In this document: in pieces, positions 25,293 through 32,274 of the stretch | How the letters are laid out: each line of letters starts with the position of its first letter | Position numbering within the stretch: position 1 is the first letter of the stretch | DNA from: an uncultured Emticicia sp. | GTDB lineage: Bacteria; Bacteroidota; Bacteroidia; Cytophagales; Spirosomataceae | Assembly (NCBI GenBank): GCA_966212365.1 | Contig: CBIHRH010000001.1 | Location: forward strand, 1-32,274 | Length of the DNA: 32,274 nucleotides | Direction of reading: 5' to 3' | The notes under the pieces: model-generated | What the model saw: only the letters and a program-made list of their open reading frames with translations | What the model was told of the DNA's origin: nothing | Databases searched by the model: none | Translations under genes and position numbers: made by a program

Positions 25293-25394
25293 ACCCCACC
25301 CTATCCCTCCCCAACAATGGGGAGGGGACGAATAAAGCCCCTCTCCCCATTGTTGGGGAGAGGGGTTGGGGTGTGGGCGGACGCCGCGCGGGTC
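25293..25394. repeat. BoxC-like double-hairpin element, copy C, with an interrupted terminal arm
   Basis: The sequence is ACCCCACCC..CCCTCCCCA-ACAA-TGGGGAGGG..CCCCTCTCCCCA-TTGT-TGGGGAGAGGGGTTGGGGTG[16 nt]GGGTC. Confidence 0.85.
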
Positions 25395-25513
25395 GAATTC
25401 TGCCAAATAATGTTTTGCATTTGTATATTCTTTAGAATATTCCCCCAATCAAGCAAATTGGTAAATCTTTAAATGATTCATTACCTTTGGTTTTTTAACG
25501 AATCAAAGGTAAA

Positions 25514-26539
25514 ATGTCTGTTATCATATCTCCAATTACCGAAAGTCTGCAAAATTTTCTGGGCCAGAAAGACTATTCCAAAATTATCGTTCTGGCAGAT
25601 ACCAACACCAAAAAATTCTGTTATCCTTTCATCAAAGATTCTTTGCCTAAGCACACGCTTATTACTGTTAAAGAAGGCGAGGAATACAAAAACCTGACTA
25701 CGTGCGAACAAATCTGGTCGGCCATGACTGCTGATGAACTAGACCGCCATGCCCTTATGATTAATCTGGGCGGTGGAGTAATTGGTGATATGGGCGGTTT
25801 TTGTGCAGCCACTTATAAACGCGGGATAGATTTTATCCAGATTCCGACTACGCTTCTGGCACAGGTAGATGCCAGCGTAGGGGGGAAGCTAGGCATAGAT
25901 TTTCAAGGGCTTAAAAATCATCTGGGGGTTTTTACATTGCCAAAAGCTGTATTGATAGACCCGACATTTTTGGGAACGCTTTCGGAAAGAGAAAAACGCT
26001 CGGGGTTTGCAGAGATTATCAAGCATTGTCTGATACAGGATAAGGAGAAGTGGGACGAAATCAGGAAGAAAGATTTAAACCAGCAGGATTTCCCTGATTT
26101 GATTGCTCACTCGGTTGAAATCAAGAAAAAAGTAGTAGAACAAGACCCAACCGAGAAGGGTTTGCGTAAAATTCTGAACTTTGGACATACCCTCGGACAC
26201 GCCATTGAAACCTATTTTTTAGATAAAGGAAAAAAAAGATTGCTTCATGGCGAGGCAATTGCAACCGGAATGCTCTCTGAGTCGTATATATCTTTTGAAA
26301 GAAAACTCATTGACGAGCAAACATTATCCCAGATTGAGGAGTTTATATTTTCGGTATATGGAAAAGTCTCCATGAAGTCTACAGATTTTGGGGAGATTAT
26401 TAAGCACACCCAACAGGACAAAAAAAATAAAGGTAAAGAAATACGTTTTTCGCTAATCAATGGTGCAGGTAGTTGTTTGTACGATATTGCAGTATCAAAA
26501 GGAGAAATGAAAAGAGCTTTGGAGTATTATGTGAACTGA
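25514..26539 (+). CDS. aroB: 3-dehydroquinate synthase
   Basis: Motifs GEEYK, LGGGVIGDMGGF, PTTLLAQVDASVGGK, LNFGHTLGHAIE and HGEAI are present. Confidence 0.97.
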   Translation: MSVIISPITESLQNFLGQKDYSKIIVLADTNTKKFCYPFIKDSLPKHTLITVKEGEEYKNLTTCEQIWSAMTADELDRHALMINLGGGVIGDMGGFCAATYKRGIDFIQIPTTLLAQVDASVGGKLGIDFQGLKNHLGVFTLPKAVLIDPTFLGTLSEREKRSGFAEIIKHCLIQDKEKWDEIRKKDLNQQDFPDLIAHSVEIKKKVVEQDPTEKGLRKILNFGHTLGHAIETYFLDKGKKRLLHGEAIATGMLSESYISFERKLIDEQTLSQIEEFIFSVYGKVSMKSTDFGEIIKHTQQDKKNKGKEIRFSLINGAGSCLYDIAVSKGEMKRALEYYVN

Positions 26540-26652
26540 TGGAATAGATTTTTGGCAATACGGCACAGAGGAGCAATTGAAACGTATGTTTTTTATGTAA
26601 AAGCATTAAAATCAATCAATAAACTTATCTTGACTTTTTAGAAAACACTTAC

Positions 26653-26660
26653 TATATTTG
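26653..26660 (+). promoter_or_regulatory. -7 promoter element for the DUF4136 pair
   Basis: TATATTTG has CTTG 20 nt upstream. Confidence 0.65.
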
Positions 26661-26750
26661 ACTTGACGCCCGCCGTGCAATGAATACGTGAGATTGTTTG
26701 AAAATGAGTTTTAATAAGCTGTATTTAACCAAAAATAATCTGTATGCCGT

Positions 26751-27311
26751 ATGAAAAAATTGTATTTATTTTCTGCTCTTCTTGCCCTGGGATTCGCTAG
26801 TATTAGTTGTAATCGTCTCAGATTGTTGGTGGATAACGATTATAGTTATGAAACTGACTTTACCAAGTACAAAACCTACAACTTTCTGAATTGTGAAATT
26901 GATACTTCATTTGTTTGTACTGAGATTCAGGATGCCATTCGCCGACAAATGAAAGCCCGTGGATACAAAGTAACCGATAAAGAACCAGGCTTGCTGGTAA
27001 GTTATAGTATCATCCGTGACCGTGTGGATTACAAAGGATATTTTCAACCTGCTTTAGACCGTTGGGTGAATCACTTTGATGAAGACGATACCTATAAAGC
27101 ACAGAATTTCCACTTTGGTGGCGGAATGATCTTAGTGTCATTATTAGATGCAGAAAGTAGCAGACTCATATGGCGTGGATATGCTTCCGGAGTTTTTAAT
27201 AAAAATGTGAATAAGCCTATCAATTATTACCGCAGTGTAGTACGAAATATTTTCGACCAGTATCCGCTTTTTGCCGCAGGAGAGAAACCTCGTAGGATTG
27301 ATGAATATTAA
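26751..27311 (+). CDS. DUF4136 family lipoprotein (paralog 1)
   Basis: It has a lipobox ASISC and the pattern DFTKYKTYNF..QMKARGY..G(x)ILVSLLDA..LIWRGYA. Confidence 0.8.
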   Translation: MKKLYLFSALLALGFASISCNRLRLLVDNDYSYETDFTKYKTYNFLNCEIDTSFVCTEIQDAIRRQMKARGYKVTDKEPGLLVSYSIIRDRVDYKGYFQPALDRWVNHFDEDDTYKAQNFHFGGGMILVSLLDAESSRLIWRGYASGVFNKNVNKPINYYRSVVRNIFDQYPLFAAGEKPRRIDEY

Positions 27312-27322
27312 CAGGCTTTATC

Positions 27323-27868
27323 ATGAAAAGGTTGCTGCTTCTACTAAGCCTGATGGTCTTTTTAGTGGGCTGTGCTAAGGTTTTTGTAGAAAATGATTAT
27401 CGATACTCTAATCATCTCGGTAAATATCGCTCATACGCTTTTGTAGATTGTGAACGTGACACCACAATCATTTGTGAAGACGTTCAGCAAGCCATACAAT
27501 ATCAGATGAGGGCACGAGGATATGAGTTTAACGCCCAGGCTCCTAATGTATTTGTTAACTTTACCATCTATTATGACCAGGTAAGATATAAGGGCTATGA
27601 ACAGCCTTCGTTGACTAACTGGTTAATAACAGAAGACGATAATACGGAATATCGGCCTGTAAAATATGATTTAGGTAAAGGAACCTTGATGATTTCCTTA
27701 ATAGAGGCCGAAACAAGCGAGGTGGTCTGGCGAGGCTATGCCACCGGAATTTTTAATAAGGCTTCATCTAAGAAGAATTATTTTAAGAGCATTGTACGGA
27801 ATATTTTTGATCAGTATCCACTTTTTGCCGAAGGGCATAAGTCTCATAAAATCAAAGAAAATTTGTAA
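27323..27868 (+). CDS. DUF4136 family lipoprotein (paralog 2)
   Basis: It has a lipobox LVGC and the pattern KYRSYAF..QMRARGY..GTLMISLIEA..VVWRGYA. Confidence 0.8.
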   Translation: MKRLLLLLSLMVFLVGCAKVFVENDYRYSNHLGKYRSYAFVDCERDTTIICEDVQQAIQYQMRARGYEFNAQAPNVFVNFTIYYDQVRYKGYEQPSLTNWLITEDDNTEYRPVKYDLGKGTLMISLIEAETSEVVWRGYATGIFNKASSKKNYFKSIVRNIFDQYPLFAEGHKSHKIKENL

Positions 27869-27905
27869 AGTATTATATTTCTAGCAAAAGAGTTTTAAAA
27901 AAGGA

Positions 27906-27996
27906 TTGCCACAAAGTGCACAAAACGCACAATGTTACACTATGTTTCTTAAAAGCGAATTGTGTAACATCGTGAATTTAGTGTACTTTGTGGCAA
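27906..27996. repeat. 35-bp imperfect inverted repeat (GCCACAAAG family)
   Basis: 27906-27940 matches the reverse complement of 27962-27996 at 30/35 identity, with a 21-nt loop. Confidence 0.85.
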
Positions 27997-28032
27997 AATT
28001 ATTTACTAGTGTAATTCTATAACTCATTAAAA

Positions 28033-28395
28033 ATGATTACTGTCTACGGAATCCCGAATTGTGATATGATAAAGAAAACTATGGATTGGTTTAAAGCCAA
28101 TAACATAGCCTATCAGTTTCATGACTATAGAAAAGATGGTATAAGTGCCGAAAAATTGAAGGAGTGGATTTCGCAAGCTCCATTAGATAAAGTATTTAAT
28201 AAAAACAGCACTACTTATAAGGAGTTACCGGAAGAAGTGAAAAACGCAATTGTTGATGAAGAATCAGCTATCAAGGCAATGATGGAGAGCACAAGCATTA
28301 TCAAGAGACCGGTAGTTGATGATAATGGTAAATTGATGGCCGTAGGTTTCAAAGCCGACCAATTCAAAGCCATATTTACCCCAGACCTGAAATAA
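28033..28395 (+). CDS. ArsC/Spx/YffB family thioredoxin-fold protein
   Basis: Motifs VYGIPNCDMIKK, FHDYRKDG, NKNSTTY and IIKRPVV are present. Confidence 0.9.
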   Translation: MITVYGIPNCDMIKKTMDWFKANNIAYQFHDYRKDGISAEKLKEWISQAPLDKVFNKNSTTYKELPEEVKNAIVDEESAIKAMMESTSIIKRPVVDDNGKLMAVGFKADQFKAIFTPDLK

Positions 28396-28426
28396 TGAAA
28401 TAATCAGTATACTCGTGCGTAAGCAA

Positions 28427-28464
28427 CTCCCCTTCATGGGCGGTCCGACGCTGCGGCTGGGGGC
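28427..28464. repeat. Degenerate CTCCCCTTCA...GGCTGGGGG repeat remnant with a GC-rich internal segment
   Basis: The sequence is CTCCCCTTCA[TGGGCGGTCCGACGCTGC]GGCTGGGGGC, a GC-rich island between convergent genes. Confidence 0.55.
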
Positions 28465-28466
28465 GG

Positions 28467-29927
28467 CTATATAGCCTTTTTCAGGATTCTCACGGCATCT
28501 TCTGTTTCCTGCTGATTCATACTGGCAAATCCCATGCGACAGGCATTGAGCGTGGGATTTTCTGCTTTATAATTTTGTCCATTGGCCAGATATAAGCCAT
28601 GTTTCGCTACTTTTTCAGAAAGTGTCGGCAACGGAATTTCAGCAGTAAATTTTGCCCAGATAGCCATACCTCCATCAGGGATTTTAAAGTCTATTTTATC
28701 TCCTAACGCCTCTTTCAATAGCTGGCAGGTAAAATCCCTTCTTTCTCTATACACTTTCATAGCTTTGGTGGCATAGCGCTTCAAATCTCCGTTTTCCAGC
28801 ATATCAGCCAGGCAATATTCTAAAATACTATCATTCTGCCGGTCAATAATACGGCGGAGTTTGGTCATTTCATCAATAATTGCTTCATGAGCAACCACAT
28901 AACCTACCCTGAAAGCAGGCGCAATCTGTTTGCTGAATGAGCCTACATAAATTACCCAACCATATCGGTCTGCACTGGCTAAAGGTAGGATAGGTGTATT
29001 GGCATAATGATAAGCGTAGTCGTAATCGTCTTCAATAATAAAAAACTGATACTTCTCGGATAGCGCCAGTAATTTGAGTCTTCTTTCCGGTTTTAATGTA
29101 ACAGTAGTAGGGTGGTAATGATGTGAAGTTACATAAATGAGTTTTACCTTTTTCTTCTGACAAATCTCTTCAATGGCATCCACCTGCAAACCCTCCTCAT
29201 CCACCGGAATAGTAACTAAATCTGCTCCTAATTGTCTGAAAGTAAGATTGGCGGCTCTATAACTCAATTCTCCTACTATGGCAGTATCACCTTTTTGCAG
29301 AATAGCCAGGCTTGCCAGATAAATACCCATCTGACTCCCTCTTGTAGTTACAAGTTGACTGGCAGAGGCTTGTATACCTCTGGTTTCATTAAGATATTTG
29401 GCAAAAAGCGTACGAAATCTGATATCGCCCTGTGGATTAGTATAGCCAAGACTGAGTGAGTCTGCATATCGGATATAATGGGCATATAGTCTTGCCAATT
29501 CCTCACGTGGTGCTAATCTTACATCAGGTAAGCCATCATTAAAGGCCAATTTGTGTTGGATATGTGGAGGCTGGTAAATAACTGAATTATCGTTAATACG
29601 ACCTCTTATTTGGGTATTCCACTCCTCTTTTGAAGTCTTTTCAGCCAATACTGTGGGCTTTATTGAAGGCAGTTTTGTAGCCACAAAGGTTCCTTTCTGT
29701 GGAATAGTCTCTACCCAGTTTTGAGAGAGCAATTCATCATAGGCAGCTATTACAGTTTTTCGGTGTACTTCAATTAATTCTGCCAGTTCACGAGTGCCAG
29801 GTAAGCGGGTATTAGTTGGTAGAATACCACTTTGTATATTCTTGATGATGGCATTGGTAATCTGTACATACAACGGAATAGAAGATTCTTTATCAAAAAC
29901 AATAAGGCTCTTAAACGGAATTTTCAT
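28467..29927 (-). CDS. MocR/PdxR-like PLP-dependent transcriptional regulator
   Basis: It has a GntR wHTH (LPGTRELA..VHRKTVIAAYDEL), HYHPT, IEDDYD and SFSKQIAPAFRVGY. Confidence 0.92.
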   Translation of the reverse strand: MKIPFKSLIVFDKESSIPLYVQITNAIIKNIQSGILPTNTRLPGTRELAELIEVHRKTVIAAYDELLSQNWVETIPQKGTFVATKLPSIKPTVLAEKTSKEEWNTQIRGRINDNSVIYQPPHIQHKLAFNDGLPDVRLAPREELARLYAHYIRYADSLSLGYTNPQGDIRFRTLFAKYLNETRGIQASASQLVTTRGSQMGIYLASLAILQKGDTAIVGELSYRAANLTFRQLGADLVTIPVDEEGLQVDAIEEICQKKKVKLIYVTSHHYHPTTVTLKPERRLKLLALSEKYQFFIIEDDYDYAYHYANTPILPLASADRYGWVIYVGSFSKQIAPAFRVGYVVAHEAIIDEMTKLRRIIDRQNDSILEYCLADMLENGDLKRYATKAMKVYRERRDFTCQLLKEALGDKIDFKIPDGGMAIWAKFTAEIPLPTLSEKVAKHGLYLANGQNYKAENPTLNACRMGFASMNQQETEDAVRILKKAI

Positions 29928-29988
29928 CTGGACTACTTAATAATGTAAAAATGGATGAATATAGCAATCCAGTAAAGATATAATTTTG
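29928..29988. promoter_or_regulatory. MocR-type tripartite operator and -7 element
   Basis: CTGGAC (29928), ATGGAT (29951) and an inverted ATCCAG (29967) are followed by TAATTTTG at 29981-29988 (plus strand). Confidence 0.65.
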
Positions 29989-30027
29989 CCTCAGTATTAG
30001 CTATTTATCTTTTAATATTTTTACCCT

Positions 30028-30690
30028 ATGTATCCGGTTACTCCCAACACCAAAATGAGTCGTAGCGCCAAAAGAGCGTCTTACAACGAAGAAACTATCC
30101 ATCAGATTTTAGATGAAGGGCTTTTTTGCCATATTGCTTATGTGCAGGATGGACAACCCATGATGATACCGACAGGGTATTGCCGTGTAGGTAGTAAAAT
30201 CTACATTCATGGTTCCGTTGGCAGCCATTTTATGAGGAATCTGGCAGATGGCCGCAGAGTATGCTTGACAGTTTCTTTTATCGATGGTCTGGTGCTGGCA
30301 CGCTCAGCCTTCCATCATTCAGTCAATTATCGCTCAGTAGTGCTTTTTAGTGCTGCTACTGTAGTTACCGATGAACAGGAACGCTGGGATGCTTTAGAAG
30401 CCTTTACTAACCAGATTATTCCGGGACGTTGGGAGGAAATAAGACAGCCAAATGCCAAAGAAATGAAAGGCACAATGGTAATCTCTTTTGATATAGAAGA
30501 AGTATCAGCCAAAGTGAGAACAGGAGATCCGAATGACGATGAAGAAGATTATCAGTTACCTGTATGGGCAGGCGTTTTACCGTTAAAATTGCAAGCCCAA
30601 ACGCCTATCACCGACCCTAGGATGTTGTATGATACGCCAGTGCCAGAATATGTTACAAACTATAAAGAGACAGTCCAAGAATCATTATGA
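30028..30690 (+). CDS. Pyridoxamine 5'-phosphate oxidase-like FMN-binding protein (NimA-like)
   Basis: Motifs IYIHGS, DGLVLARSAFHHSVNYRSVV, SAKVRTG and VWAGVLP are present. Confidence 0.9.
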   Translation: MYPVTPNTKMSRSAKRASYNEETIHQILDEGLFCHIAYVQDGQPMMIPTGYCRVGSKIYIHGSVGSHFMRNLADGRRVCLTVSFIDGLVLARSAFHHSVNYRSVVLFSAATVVTDEQERWDALEAFTNQIIPGRWEEIRQPNAKEMKGTMVISFDIEEVSAKVRTGDPNDDEEDYQLPVWAGVLPLKLQAQTPITDPRMLYDTPVPEYVTNYKETVQESL

Positions 30691-31322
30691 TACCTATAAA
30701 AGAGCTTTTGATTTTCGCTTTGGCCGCCTTTGGCTTGGTCATTACACCAGGTCCCAACATGATTTACCTTATTTCACGCTCTATTACACAAGGGCGATGG
30801 GCAGGATTCATCTCTTTGGCAGGCGTGGTTGCGGGTTTTCTGGTGCATATTTTACTGGTTTCTTTTGGCCTGACAGCCGTTTTATTTACCATACCTTATG
30901 CATACTTAACCCTGAAAAGCCTGGGCGTTTGCTATTTATTATATTTAGCAGTGCAATCAGTTTTACCAAAAGGAAAAGGAGTTTTTGAAATAAGAGAAGA
31001 TTTAAAAGCAGATAAACCCCGTAAATTATTCAGTATGGGATTTTTGACGAGTGCGCTTAATCCTAAAATAGCCGTTTTCTATTTATCATTTTTTCCGCAA
31101 TTCATTAAAATCGAAAATGGGTCGGTGCTTACACAAAGCCTCGAACTGGGTTTTACGCAAATGCTGGTAAGTTTTTCAATCAACCTGTTGATAGTGCTTA
31201 CTGCTGCAAAAGTAGCAGAATGGTTTGCTAAAAATCCATTCTGGGTAAGAATCCAGAAATGGTTTATGGCAAGCGTTCTATCAGGATTAGCCATAAAAAT
31301 GGCTTTGGAGAAAGGGAAATAA
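30687..31322 (+). CDS. LysE/RhtB family translocator
   Basis: Motifs ITPGPN, SITQGRWAG and GFLTSALNPK..FFPQF are present. It overlaps the upstream gene by ATGA. Confidence 0.92.
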   Translation: MIPIKELLIFALAAFGLVITPGPNMIYLISRSITQGRWAGFISLAGVVAGFLVHILLVSFGLTAVLFTIPYAYLTLKSLGVCYLLYLAVQSVLPKGKGVFEIREDLKADKPRKLFSMGFLTSALNPKIAVFYLSFFPQFIKIENGSVLTQSLELGFTQMLVSFSINLLIVLTAAKVAEWFAKNPFWVRIQKWFMASVLSGLAIKMALEKGK

Positions 31323-31330
31323 AAATAATT

Positions 31331-31368
31331 TTTTTGTAGAGACGTATTGCAATACGTCTCTACAAAAA
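31331..31368. repeat. 38-bp perfect palindrome; GTAG-REP of the same family as 16441/16591, probably a bidirectional terminator
   Basis: TTTTTGTAGAGACGTATTG|CAATACGTCTCTACAAAAA lies between convergent genes. Confidence 0.9.
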
Positions 31369-31372
31369 CAGC

Positions 31373-32274
31373 CTATATCCCATATTTCTCCACCCTCCGA
31401 TACAATGCCTGTCTTGTCAAACCCATTTCACGCGCAGCCTCGGTAATATTACCATTGAATTTCTTTAAGGTCTTAATAATCAGCATCTTTTCCATTTCTT
31501 CCAACTGGAATGTCTGGTCGAAAGATGGCGCTGAATCCTGTTGTTTTTCAAAGGGTTGTCCTTCAAAGAAATCTTCCGGTTGTAGTACATTTCCCTGACA
31601 TAAAATTACGGCACGTTCAATAGCATGTTGTAATTCCCGTACATTCCCTGGCCAGTTGTAGCGTTGCAATTGCTTGATAAGTGCCGCACTGATTGTACTG
31701 ACCGGACGGTTATATTTTTTGCGATACATTTTCAGAAAATGTTCGGCCAATGTCACAATATCCTCAATACGCTCACGCAACGGTGGCAATTTCACTTCGA
31801 TGGTATTGATACGATACAATAAATCCTGACGGAAAGTACGTTGCGCCACTCTGGCATGAATAGGCTCATTGGTAGCACAAATCAAGCGCACGTCAATATT
31901 CTTGGGTTTGCTTGAACCTACCTTCGTTACACTTCTATTCTGTAGAACTGTTAACAATTTCGCTTGAAGTGGCAATGGAATATTCCCTATTTCATCTAAG
32001 AAAATCGTTCCCTCATTGGCTTCCTCAAAACGACCTATACGGTCTTCCCGGGCATCTGTAAAAGCCCCTTTTACATGGCCGAAAAGTTCGCTTTCGAATA
32101 AGGTTTCAGAGATAGAACCTAAATCAGCATGTACAAAAGGTTTTTCTGCCCGATCAGATTTCTCATGGATGGCTCTGGCTATCAGGTCTTTTCCGGTTCC
32201 GTTTTCTCCAAGTATCAGAATATTGGCATCGGTAGCGGCTACTCTTTCAATGGTTTCGAAGATTTTCTGCATCG
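31373..32274 (-). CDS. NtrC-family sigma-54 enhancer-binding protein (5' end beyond the window)
   Basis: It has Walker A GENGTGKD, ESELFGH, GAFTDA, FLDEIG, WPGNVREL and a Fis-type HTH. The frame is open to the window edge. Confidence 0.93.
   Translation of the reverse strand, partial: MQKIFETIERVAATDANILILGENGTGKDLIARAIHEKSDRAEKPFVHADLGSISETLFESELFGHVKGAFTDAREDRIGRFEEANEGTIFLDEIGNIPLPLQAKLLTVLQNRSVTKVGSSKPKNIDVRLICATNEPIHARVAQRTFRQDLLYRINTIEVKLPPLRERIEDIVTLAEHFLKMYRKKYNRPVSTISAALIKQLQRYNWPGNVRELQHAIERAVILCQGNVLQPEDFFEGQPFEKQQDSAPSFDQTFQLEEMEKMLIIKTLKKFNGNITEAAREMGLTRQALYRRVEKYGI

Noticed and set aside
25203..25472. Short ORFs across BoxC-like copy C
   Set aside because: The Pro/Gly-rich translations (PHPNPSP, GEG) are the typical reading of this DNA repeat.
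30629..30988. 119-aa alternative-frame ORF over the FMN-protein/LysE junction
   Set aside because: It overlaps two well-supported genes and has no recognisable features.
1..32274. Prophage, IS, integrase, defence system, tRNA or rRNA
   Set aside because: All long ORFs fit non-mobile families or envelope proteins. I saw no cloverleaf or rRNA-like segment in the gaps by eye.

Overview
This is a Bacteroidota chromosomal window. Cytophagales (Spirosomataceae/Emticicia-like) is inferred from TAnnTTTG promoters, gene content and a '3-coathanger'-like domain. It is mostly housekeeping: rne/rng, hup, mutY, ssb, uvrB, ppa, an rluB-like gene, comA, dedA, aroE, yjjG, an ECF sigma factor and aroB. It also carries two MocR regulator modules, several secreted proteins and lipoproteins, and partial CDSs at both ends. 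I saw no transposase, integrase, tRNA, rRNA or CRISPR array. A 29-aa bS22/AURKAIP1-COX24-type ribosomal protein gene (4510-4599, minus strand) is below the ORF-track cutoff and has a leader that can fold two ways. The intergenic gaps hold at least six distinct families of small palindromic or inverted elements. Three elements from different families contain a related short GC-rich TGGGCG-containing segment. In two of them, removing it restores the host palindrome, which suggests a micro-element that targets repeats. A three-gene block between mutY and ssb is bounded by a degenerate direct repeat and may be an insertion. All calls come from reading the sequence by eye; no database searches were run.
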